Shown here: piece by piece, positions 1-11,978 of the stretch
Position numbering within the stretch: position 1 is the first letter of the stretch
Layout of the letters: each line of letters begins with the position of its first letter
From: Octopus sinensis
Taxonomy: Eukaryota
Assembly (NCBI RefSeq): GCF_006345805.1
Contig: NC_042998.1
Span: forward strand, 106,268,001 to 106,332,000
Direction of reading: 5' to 3'
DNA length: 64,000 nt
The notes under the pieces: model-generated
The model's database searches: none
Told to the model about the DNA's origin: nothing
What the model saw: only the letters and a program-made list of their open reading frames with translations
Translations under genes and position numbers: made by a program

Positions 1-459
1 TGAGGAGCATGGAGTCACCTCTTAATTATTTTAACTCCAAGGTCCATTCTGACCTGGAACGATAGTACATGTCCTGGTCCCATCAATGAACTAATTAGAT
101 TTCCAGTAGATAGGGGAGGCTCCTATTATTTTTGACAAAGCTGTGGAGAAGTTAGCTCTTCTATGAGAAAGATACTCTGACATAAAATATGCAGTCAAAA
201 TAGTATCAGTCCTCTTGCAATGCTTATACTGGAATCTACTATGGTGACTGAGAGAGTAACAAAAGTGTTGTACAATCTGTTGTCATTTACATCCAATGAC
301 ATACAGATCTTTCACTACCATTTGAATGTGAGACAGCTTTCATCTGACAAGATGAGGCAATCATTATGTATGCATGCACCCTTGAATGCCCTTGCATATA
401 TAAATGCATGTAGGTATGTGTATATATATATATGCATGTGTGCATGTGTTTGTGTATAT

Positions 460-703
460 ATGGCACGTAAAAAGCACCATCCGAGCATGGCCGTTTGCCA
501 GCCTCGTCTGGCACCTGTGCCGGTGGCACGTAAAAAGCACCCACTACACTCACGGAGTGGTTGGCGTTAGGAAGGGCATCCAGCCGTAGAAACATTGCCA
601 GATCAGACTGGGCCTGGTGCAGCCTTCTGGCTCCCAGACCCCAGTTGAACCATCCAAACCATGCTAGCATGGAAAGCGGACGCTAAATGATGGTGATGAT
701 GAT
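460..703 (+). mobile_element. RTE LINE 3' UTR/tail copy (5'-truncated)
   Basis: gtggcacgtaaaaagcacc units, then gagtggttggcgttaggaagggcatccagc...catgctagcatggaaagcggacg and a (GAT)n tail; units match the RTE 3' UTR at 63.9-64 kb. Confidence 0.85.
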
Positions 704-705
704 AT

Positions 706-890
706 ATAGGGAGAATTCACAAAAAAAAACAAAAGACGAAGACAGATGGTGTAGACAACAAACAGGTGTATTAGTATAAAGCTCGGTTAGTGAAAAAATC
801 TTTAACATTTCGAACCTACGCTCTTCCACAGAAAGGAACACAGAAAGAAACAAGGAGAGAAAATAAAGAATGTGTAGTGGCTAGCAATCT
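706..890 (-). mobile_element. Short non-autonomous repeat with minimal hammerhead-like motif (family H1)
   Basis: Reverse complement aligns to 51415-51615; minus strand reads ccttt-CTGTGGA-AGAGCGTAGGTTC-GAAATGT-TAAAGA. Confidence 0.6.
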
Positions 891-1189
891 ATGCATGTGC
901 ATGCATTCTCTCTTTTTATTTGTAAGAATTCTTCCTAGAAAGAGTAAAATGTTCTTTCAATAAAGAATTAAAGGCTCCATCAATGGAATTTGAATAAGCG
1001 CAATGATAACTGTGACATATTGAACGTTAGGAAAATTTTGCATAGTTTTATTGTTTTACTTATGGTTTATATCTGTGAAGTGTATGTTAACTAGTCTCTT
1101 CCTGAACCCAAAGTGCTAGCTTTTTAAGGTTGTTGTTTGATCATTTATATCATAACCAAGTGCAACAATAATTACTGGTATAAATGTGA

Positions 1190-1850
1190 ATTTATAAACA
1201 GCAACCGAGACCTTTGGAGATATGCTGTGCTTGAGAAGACCTGGCAAGCCAAGTGCAACCATAACCATGGCCTATGCCAGTGTTGCATAACCAGCCCATT
1301 TAAGAGTACCCTTCGATCATTGGGCAATACACTGTTTGAGAAGACCTGCTGAGTCAAGTGAAATCGTTATCATGGCCGATGCCAGTACCACCTGACTGGC
1401 ACCCATGCTGGTGACATGTAAAAAGCACCATTTGAGCATGGTCAATGCCAGTCCCACTGAACTGGCTCCTGTGTCGGTGGCACATAAAAAGCACCATATT
1501 AACATGGTCAATGCCAGTGCCACTTGACAGGTCCCATGCTGGTGGCACATAAAACCATTTGAGTGTGGCCCTTGTCAGTTCCACCTGACTGGCTCCCATA
1601 CCGGTGGCACATAAAAAGCAACATTTGAGCATGGTTGATGCCAGTGCTACCTGACTGGCCCCTGTATTGATGGCATGTAAAAAGCACTTGATACACTACA
1701 GAGTGGTTGGTATTAGGAAGGACATCCAGCTGTAGAAACCTTGCCAGATCAGACTGGAGCCTGGTGAAGCCTCCTGGCTTGCCAGTCTTCAGTGAAACCA
1801 TCCAACCTAATGCCAGCATGGAAAGCGGACAATAAATGATGATGATGATG
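1190..1850 (+). mobile_element. RTE LINE 3' end (ORF terminus plus 3' UTR with five ~65-bp tandem units)
   Basis: accgagacctttggagatatgctgtgcttgagaagacc matches 63529-63565; tandem units at about 1377-1690; (GAT)n tail. Confidence 0.85.
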
Positions 1851-2389
1851 GGGTGGAGGAGTTTCCGGTTTCAAAGCAGTTATCCATAAACAGTCTCCTT
1901 CTCATTAGCTTTGGAAGAAATATTCACATCTGCTGACTTTTGTTTTCTAACCTAAATAACTATATCAGTTAAGTTTGCACTTGGTAGGAGTTTTGATGGG
2001 AATTCTCTACCAAAATTCCTTGTATTGACATATATTCAATAGCTGAAGTATCTTTTATATTTATCTCAGGACTGGCTTTCCTATAGATGACATTCTGTAT
2101 TGTTTTCGTAAGAACATGTAATGAGGTAGCAGTAGTACCTTAATAGCAATTTTTGAGCAGCTACTGATTGCATATGTTATGTCCTCCACAGAAAAGTGAC
2201 AATCAATTGTCACTTTTCTGTAGTTGAATCTTGGGAATTTAAAGGTATGTGTGTATGCATGTGAGTGTCAGAGAGAAAGTAGGTGTATATGTGTGTGTGA
2301 GTGTGTGTCCATCCATCCATGTGTGTATGTATGTGGGTGGGTGGGTGTGTCCGTCCATGTCTGTATGTGTCCATCCATGTATGTATGTC

Positions 2390-2656
2390 TATAGAACCAA
2401 CACAGGGATCAATCTTCTAAATTGATAGCAGTAGAGTAGATAAATTGATTAAGAAAATGAAGCCAGAAAAGGCACCAAGTCCATCATATAGCATTGCTGA
2501 GATGCTGGAAATGCCTAGCAGGTTAGGTCATGTATATTTAACCATGTAGTACAGGTGCAGTTGTATCATTGTTAGCTGCTACAAAAGTAAAGAGAAGATT
2601 TAGAAAGAGAGAAAATTAAAGACATTAGAGTTGATTGACCAGGTTATGAAAGTCAA
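2390..2656 (+). mobile_element. Old RTE RT fragment
   Basis: Degenerate homology to 61895-62195 (MKxxKAPxPS..AEML; IVxCYK; LIDQVMKV). Confidence 0.7.
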
Positions 2657-3017
2657 GAATATATGTCTGAGGGGCACAGGTTCAAGTCCCATAGCCATCT
2701 GCTGGCAACATTTTTCTATCTTATAATAGGTAATATACCCAATCTTTCTGCTGTTTTTACGGCTATACTGTATTCAAAGCCCCAGCATGACCACAGCCTT
2801 AGGGAATATAAGAAGAATTTAGGCTAGTTGAAATATGTTTGTGACATATTTCAACTGCTAAAAGTTAAATACACTGCAGTTTCCATGGAGAATATATCTC
2901 TCTTATGGTAAAAAGGTGTGAAAACACCCAATTCATTCACTGTCACCATCTATTAGGAATCCCAGGCATTGATGTTTCAATCTTCTTGGCTCTTAATGAG
3001 ATGCACCTAAGAGATGA

Positions 3018-5128
3018 TTCTTTATAACGATAATTATATATCACATACAGATGGGACAACACAGGACATTACAAACAAATAGTGTGTTTATGAGTTCGTT
3101 TTTTTAAAGTGGTTTTAAAAATATGATGATGAATATTATATTTTTAAAATTTACAAGTTTTACAAGTTTACACTTGGCCATGAAGCCCAACAACTATACC
3201 ATACACTTTTACCATGGATGAGATTAAATAGGGTCATTCACACCCAACTTCTTTGCCACATCCTTCCATCTTTTCCCGAATATACTTCACAACAGGTGTC
3301 TCCTCTTCAGATGATATCTGAAGTAATATAGCAAACCAGGGCCAGAGATGAAAATTCCCATCATGATTCCTTTCATTCTAGTTTTCCATATACACTCTTT
3401 CAATACTGTAACTGTGCATAAAAACATGCCTCACCTTCCTTTGATAGTCCGGGTGGCAGTACAATTTCGATCATGGACTCGGCATACAGCTGTACTCTTC
3501 CTAGATGTGACAGCAAATGTTCTATATAAATTATAATTATCAAGCTCGAAAGCTCCAAGCACTGAACAAGGGCATGCAGAACAGTTTCATCGTCCTTCCC
3601 GCACCTTGGACATACCAGTGGCACAGACAATCCATGCCTAGACAATTTGTCACAAACAGGTAAAGCACTCCTATAGCACTATCAGGTCACAGATTTCTGA
3701 TAGTTATCCAGGTACCCTGGCCTGAAAGTTCTTTGAAATAGGTTGGCTAGCTAGCCCTCATTGAGCCCCAGAGCTTCTCCTAGGATATCATCCCTCTTAA
3801 ACTCTACTAGCCCTCTCTATACTGAGGTGGTATTTCTGCTGCTGGCCTTGCCTGCCTTATGGATTAGCACAAGTGCCTATTGGCACTCCATTTGCCATTC
3901 AGTCATGTTACATCTTTTAATGAAGTTGGGTTTGAGTTCCTCCAAGGAGACCAGTCGCAGAAAGAATTTTTCTGCCAGCAAATTCCACACCTGATCACCG
4001 TCCAGATAGAGCCAGAGGTGCCTTAGCCTCAGCGCATGCCTGCACATCATTAGCCATGGCATCCCTAACCCACCCTTTAGCGGTTCTTGGCAGCAAACAG
4101 CACCTCACAAGCAGTTTTCCTCCCCTCCACAAAAAGCAGAAGAGAAGGCGTCCCAATTTGCTTAGCCATGAATCAGAGCAGGGGGCCAATGGTCAGATTG
4201 TAGGTGATAACAGATGCAATATACACCTGCACCACCTCCACCCTCCCTTTCAGGGATAGCACCCTTCCAGACCAAGTCCGGATTACGACCGCCACCCTAT
4301 CTGCCACCTCACTCTAATTCTTCTCTGTCTGAGAATCTGGTCCAAATCAGACTCCAAGCAACTTAACAGGACCTTCCGTTCAGTTCCCCATGATACTGAA
4401 CATTATCGTCTTGCCACTCCAGGTGCCAAGTCGCGAGCCAATGGACTTGTACCTGCTACCACCTTGTATCCTTTGATTACATCCTCAACACAAGGTAGCT
4501 GAGCTTCATGGCGCACAGTGATGGTGAAGTCATCTGCATATGCAGAAACAGACTTATCACATCCCAATTCATTGGGAATGCCCCCCAAACTCTCCAACCT
4601 CCACAGCAATGGCCAGTACATACAGAAGTGGAGACAGGGCGCATCCCTGATGAACCAAGTGCTCGATCTTAAACAGCATTGACAGGTAACTGTTTATCTG
4701 TAGTGTGGAATTAATACCACCTTAAATAGCAATGATCCAACCATGGAAGTCTGGGCCTAGCCCAACCACCTTGAGGACCATCGCCAGGTACTAGTGGTCT
4801 ACCCTATCAAAAGCTTTACTCTAGTCTAAATGGACCAGGCCCCACCTTTACCAGATAACTTACCCACCCTCTCTATTGTCCTGGATTGACCTGCCTGGGA
4901 TGGCACATGTCTGCACTTTCCCAACAAGTTCCTCCGCAACATGCACCAACCTCTTAGCTAGCACCTTGGACAAAATCTTTAACTCTACATTAAGTAGAGT
5001 TATGGGTCTAAAATTACTAGTATGGTCCCCCTTGCTCGGGTCTTTTCTGATCAGTGTCACCACTCCCTGACTCACAGAGCTTGGAATCCTTCCCTTCTGC
5101 TGCCAGTTCATGTATTCGCAAGCCAGCA
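3018..5128 (-). mobile_element. Decayed Tx1/L1-clade LINE, ORF2 3' part (RT, C-terminal CCHC finger, 3' end)
   Basis: ORF pieces GVVTLIRKDPSKGDHTSNFRPITLLNVELKILSKVLAKRL...QTCAIPGRSIQDN, SAYADD and CPRCGKDDETVLHALVQC; many stops and frameshifts. Confidence 0.85.
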
Positions 5129-5439
5129 TGTGTATTAAAAATAATACGTGTGTATGTCTGTGCATGTGTATGTGTGCATATATATATGCGTGTCCAAGAC
5201 TGTGTTTGTATATAAGTGTATATCAGTATATTGAGTTGCATCCCTTTACACCAGAAATGAATTAATATAAAATCTTAATCAGTCAATCAATAGAAATCAA
5301 TAAACTGGGTACCAACCTGCAATAAGTACTGGGATTGATATTAACAAAATCCCTTAAAAGACATTACTGTAGCATTTGCTACAATCCAATGCCTGAAACT
5401 AGTAAATGATTATAAGAAGAGGAGAATATCCAACATATC

Positions 5440-5547
<108 letters not shown>

Positions 5548-5566
5548 GTATACACATACACACATA

Positions 5567-5958
5567 CTCTTTTACCCTTTTACTTGTTTCAGCCATTTGA
5601 CTGTGAACATGCTGGAGCACCGCCTTTAGTCGAGCAAATCAACCCCAGGACTTATTCTTTGTAAGCCTGGTACTTATTCTATCGGTCTCTCTTGATGAAC
5701 TGCTAAGTTACGGGGATGTAAACACACCAGCATCAGTTGTCGAGCGATGTTGGGGGGAAAAACAGACACACACATATATACATATACATATATACAATGG
5801 GCTTCTTTCAGTTTCTATCTACCAAATCCACTCACAAGGCTTTGGTCGGCCCAAGGCTGTAGTAGAAGACACTTGCCCAAGGTGCCATGCAGTGGGACTG
5901 AACTCGAAACCATGTGGTTGGTAAGCAAGGTACTTACCACACAGCCACTCCTGCACCT
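5567..5958 (-). mobile_element. tRNA-derived SINE family A (CORE-like body)
   Basis: Reverse complement of the 9085-9541 copy; A/B-box head, internal (TA/TG)n, gtaaaaga-type tail. Confidence 0.9.
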
Positions 5959-6589
5959 ATATATACACACATACACATATATATTTGCTTTTTACTCTAT
6001 TGTTGTGTGCTAATGAATCTCCCGTCTCCAACTTGCATTACTAATTGCAATTTATATAATTGCCATCCTATCTTATATTTTATTTGGATGGTTTCCACCC
6101 TGAAATGGAAAAATCCACTGTTTCCTATACTTGTTTATCAAATATTTATATTATGTTCTGTATGCTAATAATAACAAGGAAAAAATAAATACCTATCTGT
6201 TCAGGGAGAGAAGGAGAAAAGAAAGAAAGAGAGAGAGAGAGAGAGGCTGAGAGGCAGAGAGAAAGATTTAGAGTATAATAGATAATAGATGGATTAAGGG
6301 TGAATGTCACAATAGTCAGAGTGGATTTACATAAGAAACTAACGTGAACAAAAATAACAAAACATGAAAAAAATACATGTTGTACATCTATATACAAGCA
6401 TACATAGGAAGACATCAAATACATACATGCATGCATAGATACAGATACATACATACATACAAATGCATCAAATACATGCTTCTTTTGTGCACACTTAAAC
6501 CAAACACGAATACAAAAAACATCATATATATTAACACGCATGCACACACATACACACACACAAACAGCATATGTACTCAAACATAGATG

Positions 6590-6813
6590 TTATACATATA
6601 TATGCATGTGTGTGTATGTTTATGTGTCTATGTATGTATATGTATGTGTATATGTATATATATATGTATAATATATATATGTATATATATATATGTATAT
6701 ATATATGTATATATATATGTATACATATATATATGTATACATATATATATGTATACATATATATATATACATATATATATACATATATATATATAATATA
6801 TATATATATACAC

Positions 6814-6844
<31 letters not shown>

Positions 6845-6900
6845 ATATATATTATATATACATATATATATATGCATACATACATACACATACACACATG
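6590..6900. repeat. (TA)n/(TATG)n compound microsatellite
   Basis: Directly visible; source of the YIYI ORFs. Confidence 0.95.
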
Positions 6901-7950
6901 CTTACATTGCTAGCACAGAAGATGGACATTGATGATGATATATAAAATTGGTCTCGTACACACGCACATACATGCACACACACTCATATGTACACATATA
7001 TAAACATAAAATAAACAAGATAAGTGAAAAGAATCTTTCCAAAGTCTGATAATATTTTATGTATTTTATTATTGTTATCATCATCATCATCATCATCCTT
7101 ATTTTATTTTATAATCATTGTATATTTTTCTTGCTGTTATTTCTTTATTTGTTTATTGTCAGTTAATTGCAAGAAAAGCCTTCATTATATTTTAATGAAT
7201 TCAAAATACAAAACAGAAAATATAAATAACTATAGAATACTAATATTTCTTTTTTCCTTTTTGTTTCTTGTTTTTGCAAATATTTTGCTAGTAAAATAAC
7301 TTTTGCATGCTCAACCAGAAAAATCACTTAACTATATAAAAGCACATGATTATCTTTGTATGGACAAGAAGAATGATATTACATCTTGGAGACAGAAAAG
7401 ACAAGAGAGGGGAAAATGACTGACAAAGACAGTAATAAAGAAAACAACTGGCAGAGAGAGAGAGAAACCCAATTAGTTAACGAGCTTAAAATTTTGTTCA
7501 TTTTCTATTTAATGTCATTTTTTTTCTTTGTATTACTTTCTTTTTTATTTATTTATTTTCATTTTCGATATTTTGACTATTTTGTTTTATTTTGATTTTT
7601 CTGTAAATTTTGTGTTTCTTTTTTTCTTTTGTATGTTTTTGGGGAGGTTTTTTTTGGGTTTTTTTTTTTCCTTTTTTAGTTTACAGTAAACTTTCGATTT
7701 AATTTGATTTCGCTGCAAACACATTATCTGCTATACATACTTAAGCTAAGCAAAGAAATTTTAGATTTATTTAAATTGCCCCTTGACCAAATTATCTTTT
7801 AAAAAATTCACTTACTTTTTTTTCCTGTTTTGTTTTTGTTTTATTGTTATAATTATTATGTATGTATTTGTTTTGAAATAGATAAAAAAATAAATAAAAC
7901 TAATTTCTTTTAAAACATTTATTTTTCTTTCTTCCTCTCTCTCTCACACA

Positions 7951-8001
<51 letters not shown>

Positions 8002-8817
8002 TCTTTTCTATATGCAATACTACAAAATTTCTTGATAATTTTCAATATGCTGTAGAATTGTTGTCAATAAGCACCTGACTATAACGAGGTTTAAAACTCA
8101 TTAATAAGAGCTATTTGTATCTCATCAGCCATCATTTCATTTAACCTCAATCAAGGTAAAATTTATGATAAAAAATGCAATACAACAATGAAAGTGTTTC
8201 TCATAACACTGTTGTGGTGAAAACATCACTTGAGATACTTAATTTAAGACAACCAAGTATAATATTGCGCATAGAATCAAATAATTAACATAAACACTTT
8301 CGGTGTATGTACATTTGTATGTACCTTTGTCTTTGTGTATTCCTGTGTGATTTTTCGTTGTTTTATGAGTAATTTTGAAGCATTTAAAATCCATAATCTG
8401 TAGATGCACAGCAAGAATCACAGTCTTCTCTTCCATTGTTCCTTGTCACCTCAAGATTTTCACCATTTTCTTCCTTGTCCTTTACATGATTGATTCCAAC
8501 AACCCACTTCATGATCTTCCATATTTATATATATTTATATATATGTGTGTGTGTATGTGTGTGTGTTAAATAAAATGAGACAACAAAACCTAGGCAGTAT
8601 GAAATTTCTAGGACATTTATAGAGAAAGGTAGTCTTACAGCTGCTTTAGGGATATAAAAGATATCCTATCATATGAGAGAGTTACATAGAAAGAAATAGT
8701 AGACTTCAATATAAGAAGTTATTTTGGAAAGGGTGAGATATAAGAAGCATAAAGGGAAATATGAGGCTGTAAAATGGACACTAAAGGATGATGATATATA
8801 TAGAAAAGGATATATAT

Positions 8818-9027
8818 CATTTTCTATTCTAGGCATAAGGCCCGAAATTTTGGAGGAGGGGCCTAGTCGATTAGATCGACCCCAGTATGCAACTGATACT
8901 TAATTTATCAACCCTGAAAGGATGAAAGGCAAGGTCAACCTCAACAGAATTTGAACTCAGAACGTAAAGACAGACAAAATACCACTTAGCATTTCACCCA
9001 GCATGCTAACGCTTCAGCCAGCTCGCC
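8818..9027 (-). mobile_element. tRNA-derived SINE family B, tail type 1
   Basis: Minus-strand head ggcgagctggc, B-box gagttcaaattc, body gcctttcatcctttc(a/g)ggg(t)tgataaattaagt; tail aatttcgggccttatgcctag. Confidence 0.85.
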
Positions 9028-9038
9028 TTACATGCATA

Positions 9039-9069
<31 letters not shown>

Positions 9070-9084
9070 ATATATATATATTAT

Positions 9085-9265
9085 AGGTGCAGGAGTGGCT
9101 GTGTGGTAAGTAGCTTGCTTACCAACCGCATGGTTCCGGGTTCAATCCCACTGTGTGGCACCTTGGGCAAGTGTCTTCTACTATAATCTCAGGCTAACCA
9201 AAGCCTTATGAGTGGATTTGGTAAACAGAAACTGAAAGAAGCCCGTCGTATATATGTATGCATAT

Positions 9266-9329
<64 letters not shown>

Positions 9330-9541
9330 CTGTGTTTGTCCCACCCACCCACCACCAAAATCGCTTGACAACCTATGCTAGTGTGTTTACATCTCCGTAA
9401 CTTAGTCGTTCAGCAAAAGTGACCGATAGAATAAGTACTAGGCTTACAAAAAATAAGTCCTGAGGTCAATTTGCTCAACTAAAGGTGGTGCTCCAGTATG
9501 GCTGCAGTCAAATGACTGAAACAAGTAAAAGAGTAAAAGAG
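9085..9541 (+). mobile_element. tRNA-derived SINE family A, full length
   Basis: gtggctgtgtgg (A-box-like), gggttcaatccc (B-box), CORE-like ccttgggcaagtgtcttc, tail gtaaaagagtaaaagag; embedded in (TA)n. Confidence 0.9.
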
Positions 9542-9568
9542 TATATAATATATATAATATATATAATA

Positions 9569-9611
<43 letters not shown>

Positions 9612-9612
9612 C

Positions 9613-10273
9613 ATAATTAATAAGAGGAATGACCACTAAAGTGGATTCCTAAGATGGACGTTAAATCACCTTACCATGAAGAGTGTGTTCTCAAGAAAAA
9701 TCTCAGCAAAAACGCTGGAATGCAAAAAGGAATAAGACAAATGAAAATATACAAAATAAAATGATTACTTGCGTATCATGATTTCATTGTTAACATTTGC
9801 ATAGTGCAAAATTCAATTATCTGCAACTCTTCAGTATAGGCTGTCACGTTGCAAACATATTTCACAGAACTTTACACAGAAACATTCACCCGAAAGAAAA
9901 CACATGTACATTTCTGTAAATTATATTTGGGGTTAACTTTCAAATGTCTTCATTTTGGCATGCTGAGGCCAGAAATAACTCTGCAGAAAATAAATTACCA
10001 CAGCTAATTAACCCTTTAGAGAACATTGCTATTTTAAATTAAATAATGAGGGTAGAAATTGATATCAATCAACATCAATTTAAACCAGTGGTCTAGCATA
10101 TCTAAAAAAATCCAAAGATTTAAAAATTATATAACAATTAATAAGAAAAATGATCACTAAAGTGGATTCCTAATATGCTAAAGATTGACGTCAAATCACC
10201 TTACCATGAAGAGTGTGTTCTCAGAAAAATCTCAGCAAAAACAGGTAAACATTTCTGTGTATAGTTCTCTGAC
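9613..10273. mobile_element. Non-coding element with ~100-bp direct repeats and a ~30-bp inverted repeat (Penelope-LTR-like architecture)
   Basis: 9613-9712 repeats at 10133-10242; 9861-9890 is inverted at 10244-10273; hammerhead-like core on the minus strand at about 9772-9834. Confidence 0.5.
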
Positions 10274-11534
10274 ATTTATTTATTTATTAGCGAAATCTCA
10301 TGTAAAATAATTTTTTGTTTTAATCTTGGAATTAAGTGGGTTTTGATTTACTGTCAGGTGACCTTTGACCAAACCTGTATATAGATATACATTTTCACAC
10401 ATATATTTTCAATAGCAAGTGACCAAATTCTAAATGGATGATATTTTTTCTTCTTTTTGCTTTACTTTTTTTTGTCATTTCTGTGTTCCATACAGAATAT
10501 CGACGGCGAATGACTTAGCTTTTCATCCTTCCAGAGTCTCTAAGATGAGTCTGAGTCAATCAAATAAACTTTTCCCCACTTAAAAATTCTCTCGCCTCAT
10601 ACAAATGTCAGAAAAACATTATAATAATTCCTATTCTTCATATTTTAATTCCAATCACACCCAAAACGCTTTATGAAAATATTACGTCACTTTCAACACT
10701 TGCTGATGCTTTTCTTCAACTCCAGAAGATGAAAGACAAATTTGACTTCAATGGAATTTGAACTCAGGCAGCAAATGACTGTAATTAATTTTATTTGACA
10801 TTCTGATGATTAATTATGAAAGTTTTAGATAATTGTAATTATTATTGTAAATGAAATTTGAATGTAAAATAAGTAATAAAGTAGAGTGATAAATTAATTA
10901 TTTAATTGACACAAGCTGTGGGGTTTAATTTCCTGCCTGAAAAATACCTGTTTTCTTGTAAATTGTATTATTTACATACACGCATGCATGCATCACAAAC
11001 ACACACACACACACACACATGCACACATGCATCACAAATAAGGTTAGCAGATGAACAAATCTGTTTTTGTGAAGTTATCATGCAGACTGCTTCAATAACA
11101 AATGATAGCATCCCTGCTATCTTGGCTAGCAATTTTAATGGACATTTTGGGCCACACCTTGATGGCTTTTTCTGTCTGACAAGAAGGCTATACTTGATAT
11201 GCAGAAAAGTAGAAAGGAATTCCATATGGAGTACTCAGGGTCAAAAATCTCAGTACGTTGTTCCATTTTTAACAATACTGATGTATTTTCTTATGCAATT
11301 CTGCTTGTTTCCCCTTTATTTTTTGCTCTCAAAATATATTTTGAAATTAAATCAGTAGAATTTAAAGGAACTTGTGAGGCTCTATTCAGCAAATAATAAA
11401 TGAGTATTTTGAACATCTTTTTGAACTGCTGCATTGCTCTCTAGTGCTAAGTACCAGAATGGACTTTCCATTTGGAGCTGACAACTTTTGGAAGAGTGCT
11501 ACTTGAGATCTGTATTGACATGTTAGTCACTTTA

Positions 11535-11680
11535 TATGTTCTACATGCAGCTGTATCTCACTTTCATGTTATTCTTGTTGAACAGCTTGTTGAATTTGTG
11601 GTTGCTCAAGGAATATTCTCTGATCAAGGAGAGAAATGTTTTGTAACACTAATTTTCATATCAATGTCATATGGTTAGTT
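11535..11680 (-). mobile_element. Penelope-like (Neptune-type) ORF fragment, RT-to-GIY-YIG linker
   Basis: Translates with one frameshift as N*PYDIDMKISVT/TFLSLIREYSLSNHKFNKLFNKNNMKVRYSCM*NI, resembling the NPP..FL.LI...F...H....FN.N..K.SYSCM.N motif. Confidence 0.7.
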
Positions 11681-11736
11681 ATACTATTATATCCTTTCCA
11701 TTACTAGTATTTTTAGGGTAAAGAACCACTTCGGTA

Positions 11737-11978
11737 ATGAATGACCATGGATTGCATCTAAGAAGTTCTCCTCCAAGGCACAGTCCAGGCAAGGATATTT
11801 ATGGAAATTCAGCGATGTCACTGGTATCAAGCTGTATCGGCCTTTGACTTTTCCTTGGACAACATCGGCTGCTTGGAAAGAGGAGGCTAGTTTGCAACTG
11901 CTGGTCTTCCATAAATGACATTGCCCAGACTTGTACCTTGGAGGGGAACTTCCTAGATGCATACCCATGGTCATTCAT
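11737..11978. repeat. Fold-back element with ~75-80-bp imperfect inverted arms
   Basis: atgaatgaccatggattgcatctaagaagttctcctccaagg...atttatggaa versus ttccataaat...ccttggaggggaacttcctagatgcatacccatggtcattcat. Confidence 0.8.

Noticed and set aside
517-590. Twister ribozyme in the RTE tail (TGCCGGT...AAGCACC...GGAGTGGTTG)
   Set aside because: Only partial resemblance; the loop 4 length is wrong and I could not build the P1/P2 stems or the cleavage-site loop
1377-1700. CRISPR-like repeat-spacer array
   Set aside because: The apparent spacers are homologous to each other, the array is part of a eukaryotic LINE 3' UTR, and there are no cas genes
9085-9160. tRNA gene
   Set aside because: The A/B boxes belong to a multi-copy SINE head; no complete cloverleaf
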